This document shows positions 20,596 to 29,905 of a stretch of DNA of 64,000 nucleotides, piece by piece. This stretch comes from Alphaproteobacteria bacterium (GTDB lineage: Bacteria > Pseudomonadota > Alphaproteobacteria > Bin95), in the NCBI GenBank assembly GCA_964291285.2, contig OZ219788.1, positions 576,001-640,000 on the forward strand, in the 5' to 3' direction. A program made the position numbers and the translations under genes. The notes below the pieces were generated by a model. That model was not told where the DNA came from, ran no database searches, and worked only from the letters and a program-made list of their open reading frames with translations. Position 1 is the stretch's first letter. Each line of letters begins with the position of its first letter.

Positions 20596-20971
20596 ACGAA
20601 GCAACCATTTTGACTGATTGTTTCATGTTTTGGAGTGCGTCGTCCTTCTCCCATGTAAGGCAATAGATACAGAGACTTGGATCGCATGTCAAGGGGTTGC
20701 CGGAACCCTATACGAAGCAATAGAGGATGTGGCGGGAGCCCGTTAGTTGAATTCGGGGAACTGAAACTGCATTGCCGGATCTATGGAAACGCGCGTGAAG
20801 CGCTGCTGGAACATGGCCATCTGTTGGGGTATCCGGGACAGGTCATGGCGATGCGGCGAATCATGGGACATGAAATGGCCTGTTGTCTAGCAGGGGTATT
20901 TTCTGTAAAAATACGAATGATTGTTACGCGATTCAGGGTGCCCAGGGCAGCAAACGGGAAGCAACCGTGCC

Positions 20972-21583
20972 TCACCGGCTCCATAGCGGCGGTCCCTTGG
21001 CGCTCCAGCGCGGCGCGGGGTCAGTCGGCCATTTCTCCCAGGGCGGACAGAGGTATGCGGCGGTGACGTCCTGCGTGTCGGGCACGGGACAGTCGGGGCC
21101 GTCGGTGAGGAAGGGGACCTGGCATGTGAAGGACCCCTTGGTCTTGCGCGCCTCGTTGATGCACCAGATGACGGCGCCGCCATACTTGTTCCAGACATGG
21201 GCGCGCCAAGGCCAGAGGCGGCTGAACAGCTCGTCCTGCATACGGGTCGGGGAGAAGTATGCGGCGGTGACGAGGACGGCGGCGGCGAGCGTGACGGCCA
21301 TGGCCCATGTGAGGTTGACCCTGATGCGGGTCCGGGAGCGTTCGCGGCGGAGGGCGATTTTTTGGAGGCGGTCCGCCTGGTCCACGCTGTCGGGCTGCCG
21401 GCGGGCCGGCGGCGCTTGCGCGGACCCGGCTGCCGGCCGGTTCGCGGGCGCCGGCTTCACCGGCGGCGGCGCGGCGGCAGCCGGAGGGGCTTCGGGCGCC
21501 GGGGCGGCGGGCGGCGGATCGTTCCGGCGGTGCAGCCCGGCCCTGAGGCGGTCGAGGGCGGTTTCGGGCGGTCTGTCGGTCAC
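20972..21583 (-). CDS. hypothetical single-pass membrane protein (Pro/Ala-rich N-terminus, Cys-containing C-terminus)
   Basis: GTG after AGGGGG; TM LTWAMAVTLAAAVLVTAAYF. Confidence 0.55.
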   Translation of the reverse strand: MTDRPPETALDRLRAGLHRRNDPPPAAPAPEAPPAAAAPPPVKPAPANRPAAGSAQAPPARRQPDSVDQADRLQKIALRRERSRTRIRVNLTWAMAVTLAAAVLVTAAYFSPTRMQDELFSRLWPWRAHVWNKYGGAVIWCINEARKTKGSFTCQVPFLTDGPDCPVPDTQDVTAAYLCPPWEKWPTDPAPRWSAKGPPLWSR

Positions 21584-21647
21584 GGGCTGTCCCCCTGCGG
21601 CGGCGCGGCCGCGACCATACAGGCGATGACGGGAGAGGACGAAGGCG

Positions 21648-21977
21648 ATGACGAGGGACAGGGAGGACCGGCGGCGCCAGCGCTCGGTCACGTTGACCGA
21701 CAGCGAGTGGCGCCGGCTGAAGGCGCGGGCGGACGAGGCGGGCATGCCGGTGTCGCGCTTCATCGTCCACCGGCTTGCGGAGGAGGACCCGGGCCCGCCG
21801 CCGGACCGGGGGCCGGGCGGCCTGCCGGCGGCGGTTTGGCGGCGGGTGGCGCGCGAGCTGCTGCTGCTCGGCCGGCTGGAGGAGGAGAGGCTGGCGGCCG
21901 CGCGCCTCTCGGAGGAGCGCGACGTGCTCGCCGCCGAAGTGGAGACATGGCTCGCCCGGCAGGAGGAACTGGCGTGA
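21648..21977 (+). CDS. ribbon-helix-helix (MobC/NikA-like) protein 1
   Basis: RSVTLTDSEWRRLKARADEAGMPVSRFI; RBS GAGAGGA. Confidence 0.72.
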   Translation: MTRDREDRRRQRSVTLTDSEWRRLKARADEAGMPVSRFIVHRLAEEDPGPPPDRGPGGLPAAVWRRVARELLLLGRLEEERLAAARLSEERDVLAAEVETWLARQEELA

Positions 21978-22002
21978 GCGCGCCATACCGCAGGAGGCCG
22001 TC

Positions 22003-22323
22003 ATGAAACAGGCGAAGTCGCGCTGCCTCTATCCGACGCCGGCGCAATGGTCGCGCATCCAGGCGCGGGCGAAGGCCGCGGGCATGAAGGTCTCGCCGTT
22101 CCTGGTGGCGTGCGCGCTGAAACGGGACGCCGGGGGGCGGGCGGGCGAGCCTCTGGTGCTGACGGCGGACGAACAGCGCGAGCTGTTCGACCGGGTGGCG
22201 CGGCTCGACCTTTACAGCCGGACCATGCTGGCGCCGCTGCCGGGCATGGACATGGCGGCGTTCGAGGCGGTCGCGTTGCTCTGCCGGCTGTTCCAGCCCG
22301 AAGACCCGGGAGAGGCGCCGTGA
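22003..22323 (+). CDS. RHH (MobC-like) protein 2
   Basis: RCLYPTPAQWSRIQARAKAAGMKVSPFL; RBS CAGGAGG. Confidence 0.68.
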   Translation: MKQAKSRCLYPTPAQWSRIQARAKAAGMKVSPFLVACALKRDAGGRAGEPLVLTADEQRELFDRVARLDLYSRTMLAPLPGMDMAAFEAVALLCRLFQPEDPGEAP

Positions 22324-22766
22324 GGCGCCCGCGCTCCGGGCCGAAGAAGATCGTGCGGTCCTTTTCCTGCACGGACCTGCAGCGGGAGGAGATCGGCAGG
22401 CGCGCGGCGGAGGCCGGCATGAACCTCTCGCCCTACGTCATCGAGTGCGGCCTGACGGTCGATCTCGACGCTGCCGAAGACGGGGCCGGCCCGTTGCCGT
22501 CGCTGGCCCTCGGCCGGGAGGAACAGCGCCGGCTGCACGACCGCGTCGCCGGGATCGCCGAACGGTGGCTGGGTCCGGACGCGCCCGATCCGGCGGGCAT
22601 GGCGGACCTGCCGGCGGTGCTCGGCGTGCTGCTCGAACGGCTCATGACCGACATGGTCGAGATGGGGCATGAAGAGCGGATGCGCCGTCTGCTGCTGGAT
22701 GCCTTCGGCGAGGCCCGGGGCTCGGAGCTCGCCCGCCGGTATGCGGACAAGGCGCGCCGCCGCTGA
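22320..22766 (+). CDS. RHH (MobC-like) protein 3
   Basis: RSFSCTDLQREEIGRRAAEAGMNLSPYV; GTGA overlap with previous gene. Confidence 0.68.
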   Translation: MRRPRSGPKKIVRSFSCTDLQREEIGRRAAEAGMNLSPYVIECGLTVDLDAAEDGAGPLPSLALGREEQRRLHDRVAGIAERWLGPDAPDPAGMADLPAVLGVLLERLMTDMVEMGHEERMRRLLLDAFGEARGSELARRYADKARRR

Positions 22767-22875
22767 GCCCCGCACGGACATGCGAGAGGAAGGCGGCGGA
22801 CAGGAAACGGGACGGCGCCCCGGCGGCGCCCGCGCGGATTTCCCCGCAATGAAGGCGGCCGCGGGATAGCAGCAC

Positions 22876-22908
22876 AAAAAACGCCCCGGGCCGGAGCCTC
22901 GGGGCGTT
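22876..22908 (-). terminator. intrinsic terminator downstream of ssb
   Basis: AAAAAACGCCCCGG...CTCGGGGCGTT hairpin with U-tract on minus strand. Confidence 0.6.
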
Positions 22909-22968
22909 GTGCCGAGCGTACAAGGAAAACCCCGGAACCCGAAGGCTCCGGGGCCGGGGGACGATGCC

Positions 22969-23388
22969 TCAGGCGGCAAGGTCCATCTCACAGGCTTCCG
23001 GGGGCGGCGCCGGCGGGCGGTTGTCGTTGGCCGCCCCGTCCGGCCTGGGGTCGAGGAAGTTGATGGAGCCGCGCGGGCCGACCACGATCTCGGTGGTGTA
23101 GCGGTCGTTGCCGTCGCGGTCCTGCCACTTGCGGGTGCGCAGCTTGCCGGTGACGTGCGCCTGGCGGCCCTTGGCGGCGTGCTTGCGCAGCATCTTCACC
23201 AGGCCGTCCTGGAAGACGGTGATCCTGTGCCACTCCGTCTGCCGGACATACTCGCCGGACTGCCTGTCCCGGTAGCCTTCGTTGGTGGCGATGCTGAAAT
23301 TGGCGACTTCGCCGCCGCCGGGGAGGCTGCGGAACTCGGGGTCCGCACCCAGATTGCCGATAAGGTCGACGCGATTCAGGCCGTTCAT
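22969..23388 (-). CDS. ssb: single-stranded DNA-binding protein
   Basis: LNRVDLIGNLGADPE, TEWHRI, GKLRTRKWQD..RYTTEI. Confidence 0.95.
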   Translation of the reverse strand: MNGLNRVDLIGNLGADPEFRSLPGGGEVANFSIATNEGYRDRQSGEYVRQTEWHRITVFQDGLVKMLRKHAAKGRQAHVTGKLRTRKWQDRDGNDRYTTEIVVGPRGSINFLDPRPDGAANDNRPPAPPPEACEMDLAA

Positions 23389-23434
23389 GGTTCTTGCTCC
23401 CTGCAAGTGGTTGACCGTGAGCCGTTACAACTCA

Positions 23435-23459
23435 CCCCGAAAAACCCTTTCCCAAACTT
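23435..23459 (-). repeat. conserved upstream repeat, copy 1
   Basis: CCCCGAAAAACCCTTTCCCAAACTT; near-identical to 25095-25118. Confidence 0.8.
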
Positions 23460-23546
23460 GCGGCGTCGATGCCGCCACAGGCCGGGACAGGGGAAACGGA
23501 AATCGGGATGCCGGGCGAAAGACGCCCCTGGGGGACACGGCGACGC

Positions 23547-24638
23547 TCACCAGGAGATCATCGTCGCCGTGGGAAAGTGGTCCGTGGCGATCTCCACGTC
23601 CTCGGGCGTGAGCTTCGCGTAGGCGAGCGCGGCGGCCACCTCGGCGATACTGTCCCAGGTACCGTGATCGACGCCCGTGCCGAGCTCGGTGACGGTATAT
23701 CGGGCGGGCAGGGGCGGAATGCCGCGCGAGGCAATGGCGCGCTGCCTGTCCCGGCATGGCCTGCATTCCAGCGTGCCGCGCGCGGGGGGCCGTTCGCCGC
23801 AACGCACGCACAGCCCTGCCGCCTGCCGCGCCGCGGAGTTGTGCCGGAAGCGTTCGAGCGCCTTGACGCGGCAATAGTCGCGGCAGCTTTCGCAATTGTC
23901 GTTATCCGGCAGGGCGTGGACCTTGCCGCAGCGCGTACAGACGCCCGGAGCGCGGCGTTCGGCGGTTCTGCGGCGCATGTGGTCCCGTGCGGATATCCGC
24001 CGCCGTTCGCCGCAGGACGCGCAGTAGCGCGAACCGGGCAGCGGGGGCTCCAGCTTGCAGCGGGCGCAGATGCCGGCGGCCACTCTGCGGGCGACCGTAG
24101 CGGCCTGGCTGGCCTTGCCGGTGTCGAGGCAGGGCCGGCAATGGAGCCTGCCGTCAGCTGCGGGATTCCGGCCGCAAGCCTTGCAGAGCCCGAGTGCGGC
24201 GCGCCGTTCCCCGCGCTTGCGGGTGTCTTTGTTCCGTTCGTCGAGACAGGCCTGGCATGTGGAGCGGTTCTCGGCCGGGGGGCGTTCGCCGCAATGGATG
24301 CAGAGCCCTTGCGAGGCGCGTTCGGCCCGGCGGGCGCGTCTGTTGTCCCGTGACTGCCGGTTGTGCCGCTCTGCGCAGGGTTTGCAGCGCAGGCTCCCGG
24401 GTAATGGAGCCGCGTTCCCGCAGTGCAGGCACAGTTGCTGGAGGGAGCGGCGCTGTCTCCGGCGCCGGCCGTCTTCCCTGTGGATGTCCAGGCAGGGGCG
24501 GCAGGCAGTGCGGCCTTCTTCGGGCGGGCGCTTGCCGCAGGCGCCGCAGAGACCCGCGGCCATGCGGGCATTGCGCTTGCGGGCGGCAGGGCCCGGCATA
24601 GTCACGATGTTCGGCGATGTGTCTGCGGGGCAGCGCAT
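23547..24638 (-). CDS. 7x C-x2-C-x11-C-x2-C zinc-finger array protein
   Basis: Seven repeats with invariant Cys spacing and mostly Arg-rich 20- or 24-aa linkers; RBS GGAGA. Confidence 0.85.
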   Translation of the reverse strand: MRCPADTSPNIVTMPGPAARKRNARMAAGLCGACGKRPPEEGRTACRPCLDIHREDGRRRRQRRSLQQLCLHCGNAAPLPGSLRCKPCAERHNRQSRDNRRARRAERASQGLCIHCGERPPAENRSTCQACLDERNKDTRKRGERRAALGLCKACGRNPAADGRLHCRPCLDTGKASQAATVARRVAAGICARCKLEPPLPGSRYCASCGERRRISARDHMRRRTAERRAPGVCTRCGKVHALPDNDNCESCRDYCRVKALERFRHNSAARQAAGLCVRCGERPPARGTLECRPCRDRQRAIASRGIPPLPARYTVTELGTGVDHGTWDSIAEVAAALAYAKLTPEDVEIATDHFPTATMISW

Positions 24639-24718
24639 GGCGGCGTCTCCCGGAGATGAACCGGAGGGAGGGAGCGGACCGGCGGCGCCCCCGGAGGAAC
24701 GCCGCCCGAAGGACCGGC

Positions 24719-25030
24719 TCAGAAGCGCTTGCGCCGGCCTTCCGCGAACAGGCCCGTTGCGAGATCCCCCCAGTACTGGATCCCGGAGCAGGTGATCTTC
24801 TCGCCCTTGCAGATCAGGATCTCGTTGCGCGCGGGGCGGAGCTCGCGGACGGTCTCCAGCGACAGGGTGAGCGGATGGCCCTTGCCGCCCGGCAGCCGGC
24901 GGATACCGCCGTCGATGCTGGTGCGGTAGCGCTCGATGACATAGTGCTCGTCCTGCAGGCCGCGGCCGAACACGTGCGTGAGGAACGTGTTCGCATCGGG
25001 GGGAAGGGCGGACGCATTGGTAGCGGGCAT
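24719..25030 (-). CDS. hypothetical protein (103 aa)
   Basis: Strong RBS AAGGAGA; globular-looking composition. Confidence 0.7.
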   Translation of the reverse strand: MPATNASALPPDANTFLTHVFGRGLQDEHYVIERYRTSIDGGIRRLPGGKGHPLTLSLETVRELRPARNEILICKGEKITCSGIQYWGDLATGLFAEGRRKRF

Positions 25031-25094
25031 GTGCGGTATCTCCTTTCGAAGGAAGGGAAGCGGGAGCCGGTCGCCCGGCCGCCCGCAGGGATCG

Positions 25095-25118
25095 CCCCGA
25101 AAACCCTTTCCCAAACTT
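25095..25118 (-). repeat. conserved upstream repeat, copy 2
   Basis: CCCCGAAAACCCTTTCCCAAACTT. Confidence 0.8.
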
Positions 25119-25570
25119 TCGGACGGGCGAGCCGGGCTCCGCCGTTCGCCGGTAAGGGCCGCCGGCTGCGGCGTCCGGTCGGCCGGCCGCGCGGGAGAGG
25201 ACCGCTGCGGTCCGGATGGGGCGCGGATCGGGACGCCGGAAACCGGTCCGCCGCCGTTTCGGCCGCCTCGGCGGCCGGCGCTCCGGGCTGCCGTACCGGG
25301 AACCGCCGGCGGGCCTTCCCCCGGAGTCGTGGACGCAGCGGCGGAAACGGCGCCGGCGGAGAACCGCGTCGGCGTCGTCGATTCGGTTACCGGGTTGCCG
25401 CTCGGCCTGCCCTGTGCGGTCGCGCGGGCGGCGAAGCGGGGCCGGGGGCGGGCATGAACGCCTCGTCCTTCGTCATCGGATGCGGGCCGGCGGCCGGCCC
25501 CGACCGGCCGGGAAGAGCGCGTGCGCCGCCTGCTGCCGGACGCTTTCGGCGAGCCCGCCGCCGCCGGGCC

Positions 25571-28500
25571 TCACACCGAGATGCCGCCGCCCGGGCCGAT
25601 ATCGCGGGAGAGGCCCTGCTGCCGGGCCGGGTCGCGGACGCGGAGATGGTTCTCGAGTTTCCGGCGGGCGCCGGGGTCCAGTTCGGGCCGGTCCAGCATC
25701 CGCTTCGCCTCCTCGACCACCTGCCTCAGCTCCGGAACGCTCAGGCGGGAGTTCTCGAGCCGGGGCGCGAACGCGGTCCAGGCCGCGTCGGTCTCCAGCG
25801 CGCGGGCGAGCCTTCCGCTGTCCCGCCCGATGTCGCCGCGCGCGCCTTCGATACGGTCCAGGTGGGGCGCGTAGCGCGTCTCCGCGAGGACCCGCTTCGC
25901 CCTCCCGCGGAGCCGTGCGGCTTCGTCCGCCCAGGCCCTGTAGCCCGTCCCCTCTTCCGTCACGCTCCGGCGCTGCTCCGCGGCGAGGTCCGACAGCTGC
26001 CGGCGCAGGTCCAGCGAGAAGCGGAGTTCCACGACGAGAGTCTCCACCTCCGCCTTCGCCGCCGCCGCCGCGTCATGTTCCGCGACCGCGTGCTCCAGCA
26101 GGGCGCGCGCCTCGGCGTCGAGGTCCGGCTCGGCCGCGAGCGCCCGCATGCTCCAGACGACCTCCTCATTGCCCTCGCGGTAGAAGACGGGCGTATCGGT
26201 CTCGCGCTCCACGATCTCCAGCCTCTCCAGCAGGCAGGCGGCATGGCGCCAGTCGAGCGCCACCGCGCCTTCCAGCGACTTGCGGTCCCGGGCAATGCCG
26301 TCGCGCAGCTCGGGCAGGGCGCCGGCATGGGCGAAGGAGCCGTCCGCGTCCGGAAGGCCCCGCGTCTCCGCCAGAAGGCCGCCGGCCTCCTCCCGCCAGG
26401 CCTCCAGCGCGGGAAGCACGGAATAGACCGCCCTGTCCTCCCCGGCCCCGTCGATCAGGCGCTCGCGCTTTTCCAAGCACTCCCGCAGCTTCGCGGCGAG
26501 CGGTTCGGCCGCGGCCTTCGCGGCGGCGACGGCGTCGCGCTCGGCGATCAGGTCCGACAGCTTCCGGCGGAGCGCCGCGTCGAGATGCGCCAACTCCAGC
26601 ACCCCGGCCATGCGCAGCAGGACCTCGTCGCGGCCCTCGGCATGGAACCAGTGCGCGCCGGCCTTATCGGCGCGCGCCTCCACCTTCTTCCACTCGTCCA
26701 GGACGGCGAACGCGGCATCGTCGGCGTCGAGGACGGCGTGCAGTTCCGCGCCCGCCCCGGCGATCCCGTCGCGGAGCGCGGGCGCGGCGTCCAGATGCGG
26801 ACGGTAGCGCTCCTCCTCGGCCGCGATCCCGTCCGCCTCCCTGCGAAGCCGGGACGCATGGTCCCGCCAGATGCGGTAGTCGCCGGCTCCCTCGCCGGCC
26901 GGATCGAACTGGATGCGCCGCACCGCGAGCGCCGTGCGCATCCGGTCATCCAGCCCGTCGAGAGTTGCGCGCGCCTTTCCCGCTGCCTCATGCGCCCCGG
27001 CAACCCGTTCCGCCTCGGCCGCGACGCCCGCCGCCACCCCGGGGGTCCGGCCCAATTCCGCGAGCCGCTCGACCGAGTCCGCGCATCCCTCCACATAGAA
27101 CGGGATCGTGCCCTGCCGGCGCGCCTCTTCCTCCAGCGCGCGCCAGGCCGAAAGCTCCGGCCACAGCGCCTCGCGCTCCGGGATCGGCAGGGGCGCCGGC
27201 GGGGCGATCTCCTCGCCCACCGCCTCCAGCGCCGTCATGGCCGCGCCCGCATGCGCCTCCAGCGCCTCGACAAGGTCCTCGCGGTTGTCGGTCAGCACCA
27301 CCGCATTGTCCCGCGCCCGGCTGATCCCGACATAGAACGCCGCCCGGTCCACGGGCAGGCCATGGCCGGAGTCCAGCACCACGATCGCATTGTCGCGGGT
27401 CGCGCCCTGCGCCGCATGCAGGGTCGCACTCCAGGCATGGTCCACATGGCGCAGCTGCGGATCGTCCCGGCGCAGGGACAGGGTACGGCCGTCCTCGACG
27501 TCGATCTTCACCAGCCGGGAGCCGATGGCGAGCACCTCCGCCTCGCCGCCATTGACGAGGCCGCGCTTCCTGTCGTTGCGCGTCCAGCGGATGCGGTCGC
27601 CCGCCTGGAGGCGGATCGGGCGCGTCTCGTAGGCCTCGTAGCGGTAGCGGACCGGCTTCGACGGGTCGATCCGGCGCGGGCGCCCGTCGGGATGGTGCAG
27701 CAGCACCCGGCCGCCCTCCGCTCCCGTCACCGTGCAGGCGTCGTCCGCCTTCACCCGGAACCGGTAGAGGTCGTTGTGGAACACCAGCACGTCGCCGGGG
27801 CGGTAGTTGGCGGTGTCGGCCTTCTGCGCACCCGTCAGCCCGAGCCCGACAAGCCGGTCGATCTCCAGAACCCGCCCGTGCAGCAGGCCTTCGTCGCGCA
27901 GCCCCTCGCGCACCGCCTCGTTGATGTCCTCCCGGAGCGCATGGGTCGGCGCCATGATCGCCGTCCGGGCGCGCGCCTCCGGGTGCAGCGAGAGCCAGAG
28001 CCGGGCGGCCGCCTCGCCGAGCTCGTCCGACTCCGCCTCGTGGACATTGCCGCCGAGCCGCTCCATGGCCTCGGCAGGCTCGCCCTCCCGGATGGCCGTT
28101 ACCGCCCGGTGCAGGTCGGGGTCGCGCTGGCGCAGCACCTCGTCCATGCGCGCCGTCGCCATGCCCGCCTGCTGGAGTTGCCGGAACGGCTGCCCGGCCT
28201 CCACCGAACGCAACTGCCCGGTGTCGCCGACCAGCGCCAGGCGCGCGATGCCGATCCGCTCCGATATCCGCATCAGCTGGCGCATCTGCGCCGAACTCAC
28301 CATTGAGGCCTCGTCCACCGCCAGCACCGCGCCGCCGAAGGCGAGCCGCGCCTCGGCAAGCCGTTCCGGCCCCGCGATCCGGTCGCCGATGTCCCGGTGG
28401 CGCGCGAGGAACCATTGCAGCGTCCGCGCCGGGATGCCCGCCTCCCGCTCCAGCGCCCGCACCGCCGCCATCGACGGCGCCAGCCCCACCACCTTGTGCT

Positions 28501-29905
28501 CTCCGGCAAGTCGCGCCGTCTCGCGCAGCATGACCGTCTTGCCCGTGCCCGCATGGCCCTGCACGCCCACCACCCTGTCCCGCGTGAGCAAAATCGTGCG
28601 CACCGCCTCGCGCTGGCCCTCCGTCAGCACCCCGGCGGCGAGCTCCCTCTCCACCGCCGCCCCGGCCGCCGCCGGCGCCCCCGCCCCGGCGCCCTCTCTC
28701 ATCCAGGCGATGTTGCCGCGTTCGGCCCGGAGCGCCCGGTCGGTCACGAACGCCCGGTCGGCGCCGCGCAACGCCGCCGCAACCAGATGCCCGTCGCGCC
28801 GCAGCTCCTCCACCGCCGCCTCGACCTCGCGCAGCGAATACCGCCCCGGCGCCTGGCCGAGCGCATGCGCCGCGATGTCGCCGGCCGCGAACACCGAAGA
28901 CCGCTCCTCAAGATGCGCCACCGCCCGCCAGACCGCTTCATGGACCGGCAGGAGGGAGCGCGCCTCCGCCCGCCTCTCCGCGCGCCGGCCGCGCCTTGCC
29001 CGCGCGGCCGCCTCCTTCGGCGGCAGGCCGGCCTCCCGGGCGCGGCGCCGCCAGATCCGCCGCAGCTCGTCCATGGCCGGCTCCGCCTTGCGCCGCCGCG
29101 TGTAGAGCGCCGCCTGCTGCGCCCGCGCCGCGCTGTAGGCCCCGCCCCGCCGGCGGATGTCCTCCAGTATGTCCCGACGCCGGGTCGAGAACGCGTCCCG
29201 CACCTCCCGGTCGTAGCCCTCCAGCTCGAACCCCGGCACCGGACCGATCATGGTCGGCACGATCCCGTAGCCGAGCGCCTCCAGACGCCGCGCCAGCTCG
29301 TTGCGGTAATGCGCCCCGATCAGTTTCTTGTTCCGGCGGATCGCCGTCGCCTCGATGCTTCGCCACTCGTCCGCGCCGTTCCGGGTCATGTTCGCCACCA
29401 CGCAGTGCGTGTGCAGCTGCGGGTCCAGATTGCGGCTCGCAAGGTGCCGAAAGGTCGCCGCGATCATGCCGTGCGCCTTCACCCGGGGCCGGCGCCGCGT
29501 CGCCGGGTCCCAGCCCCGCGTCTGCAGCAGCTCAGCCTCCACCCGGTCCAGCGCCGCGCGCACCGCCTCGTCATGCGCGCGGACCACCCGCCTGTCGCCG
29601 TGCAGCAGCGCCGCCAGCGATACCGACTTCGGCGCCGACAGCGTGATGTCCACCCCCGGACGGTGCTGGTGCTCGCCGTCCCGCAGGCGGCCCAGCCGGA
29701 TATCCGTGCCCGGCACGCAGCCCTGGAGGATCGCGTGGAACGTCTTCGGCGAGACATGCCGGCCGAGGCCCAGCGCACGCGCCGCCGCCCCGTGCCAGAA
29801 GCTCGCCCGGCGGTGCTCCGGGTCGCCCTTCGCGTAATAGCCGTCCTGCTCGAAATAGTGGACCGTCGAGCTTGCCGACCCGATGTCCGTCACCGTCGCG
29901 ACCAT
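25571..29905 (-). CDS. trwC: MOBF (TrwC/TraI-type) relaxase-helicase with long C-terminal extension
   Basis: HYFEQDGYY, DITLSAPKSVS, H..SR.LDPQLHTH (3H motif), FSTRR; helicase QGHAGTGKT, VDEASM, HAAQGAT, FYVGISRAR. Confidence 0.93.
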   Translation of the reverse strand: MVATVTDIGSASSTVHYFEQDGYYAKGDPEHRRASFWHGAAARALGLGRHVSPKTFHAILQGCVPGTDIRLGRLRDGEHQHRPGVDITLSAPKSVSLAALLHGDRRVVRAHDEAVRAALDRVEAELLQTRGWDPATRRRPRVKAHGMIAATFRHLASRNLDPQLHTHCVVANMTRNGADEWRSIEATAIRRNKKLIGAHYRNELARRLEALGYGIVPTMIGPVPGFELEGYDREVRDAFSTRRRDILEDIRRRGGAYSAARAQQAALYTRRRKAEPAMDELRRIWRRRAREAGLPPKEAAARARRGRRAERRAEARSLLPVHEAVWRAVAHLEERSSVFAAGDIAAHALGQAPGRYSLREVEAAVEELRRDGHLVAAALRGADRAFVTDRALRAERGNIAWMREGAGAGAPAAAGAAVERELAAGVLTEGQREAVRTILLTRDRVVGVQGHAGTGKTVMLRETARLAGEHKVVGLAPSMAAVRALEREAGIPARTLQWFLARHRDIGDRIAGPERLAEARLAFGGAVLAVDEASMVSSAQMRQLMRISERIGIARLALVGDTGQLRSVEAGQPFRQLQQAGMATARMDEVLRQRDPDLHRAVTAIREGEPAEAMERLGGNVHEAESDELGEAAARLWLSLHPEARARTAIMAPTHALREDINEAVREGLRDEGLLHGRVLEIDRLVGLGLTGAQKADTANYRPGDVLVFHNDLYRFRVKADDACTVTGAEGGRVLLHHPDGRPRRIDPSKPVRYRYEAYETRPIRLQAGDRIRWTRNDRKRGLVNGGEAEVLAIGSRLVKIDVEDGRTLSLRRDDPQLRHVDHAWSATLHAAQGATRDNAIVVLDSGHGLPVDRAAFYVGISRARDNAVVLTDNREDLVEALEAHAGAAMTALEAVGEEIAPPAPLPIPEREALWPELSAWRALEEEARRQGTIPFYVEGCADSVERLAELGRTPGVAAGVAAEAERVAGAHEAAGKARATLDGLDDRMRTALAVRRIQFDPAGEGAGDYRIWRDHASRLRREADGIAAEEERYRPHLDAAPALRDGIAGAGAELHAVLDADDAAFAVLDEWKKVEARADKAGAHWFHAEGRDEVLLRMAGVLELAHLDAALRRKLSDLIAERDAVAAAKAAAEPLAAKLRECLEKRERLIDGAGEDRAVYSVLPALEAWREEAGGLLAETRGLPDADGSFAHAGALPELRDGIARDRKSLEGAVALDWRHAACLLERLEIVERETDTPVFYREGNEEVVWSMRALAAEPDLDAEARALLEHAVAEHDAAAAAKAEVETLVVELRFSLDLRRQLSDLAAEQRRSVTEEGTGYRAWADEAARLRGRAKRVLAETRYAPHLDRIEGARGDIGRDSGRLARALETDAAWTAFAPRLENSRLSVPELRQVVEEAKRMLDRPELDPGARRKLENHLRVRDPARQQGLSRDIGPGGGISV

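Noticed and set aside
23547-24638. Multiheme c-type cytochrome or ferredoxin
   Set aside because: No CxxCH motifs, no signal peptide and no CxxCxxC pattern; the protein is strongly basic.
24617-28306. Very long opposite-strand ORFs (also 16834-19827, 56320-59697, 44725-47532)
   Set aside because: Shadow or alternate frames of real genes in high-GC DNA; Arg/Ala/Pro-rich with no motifs.
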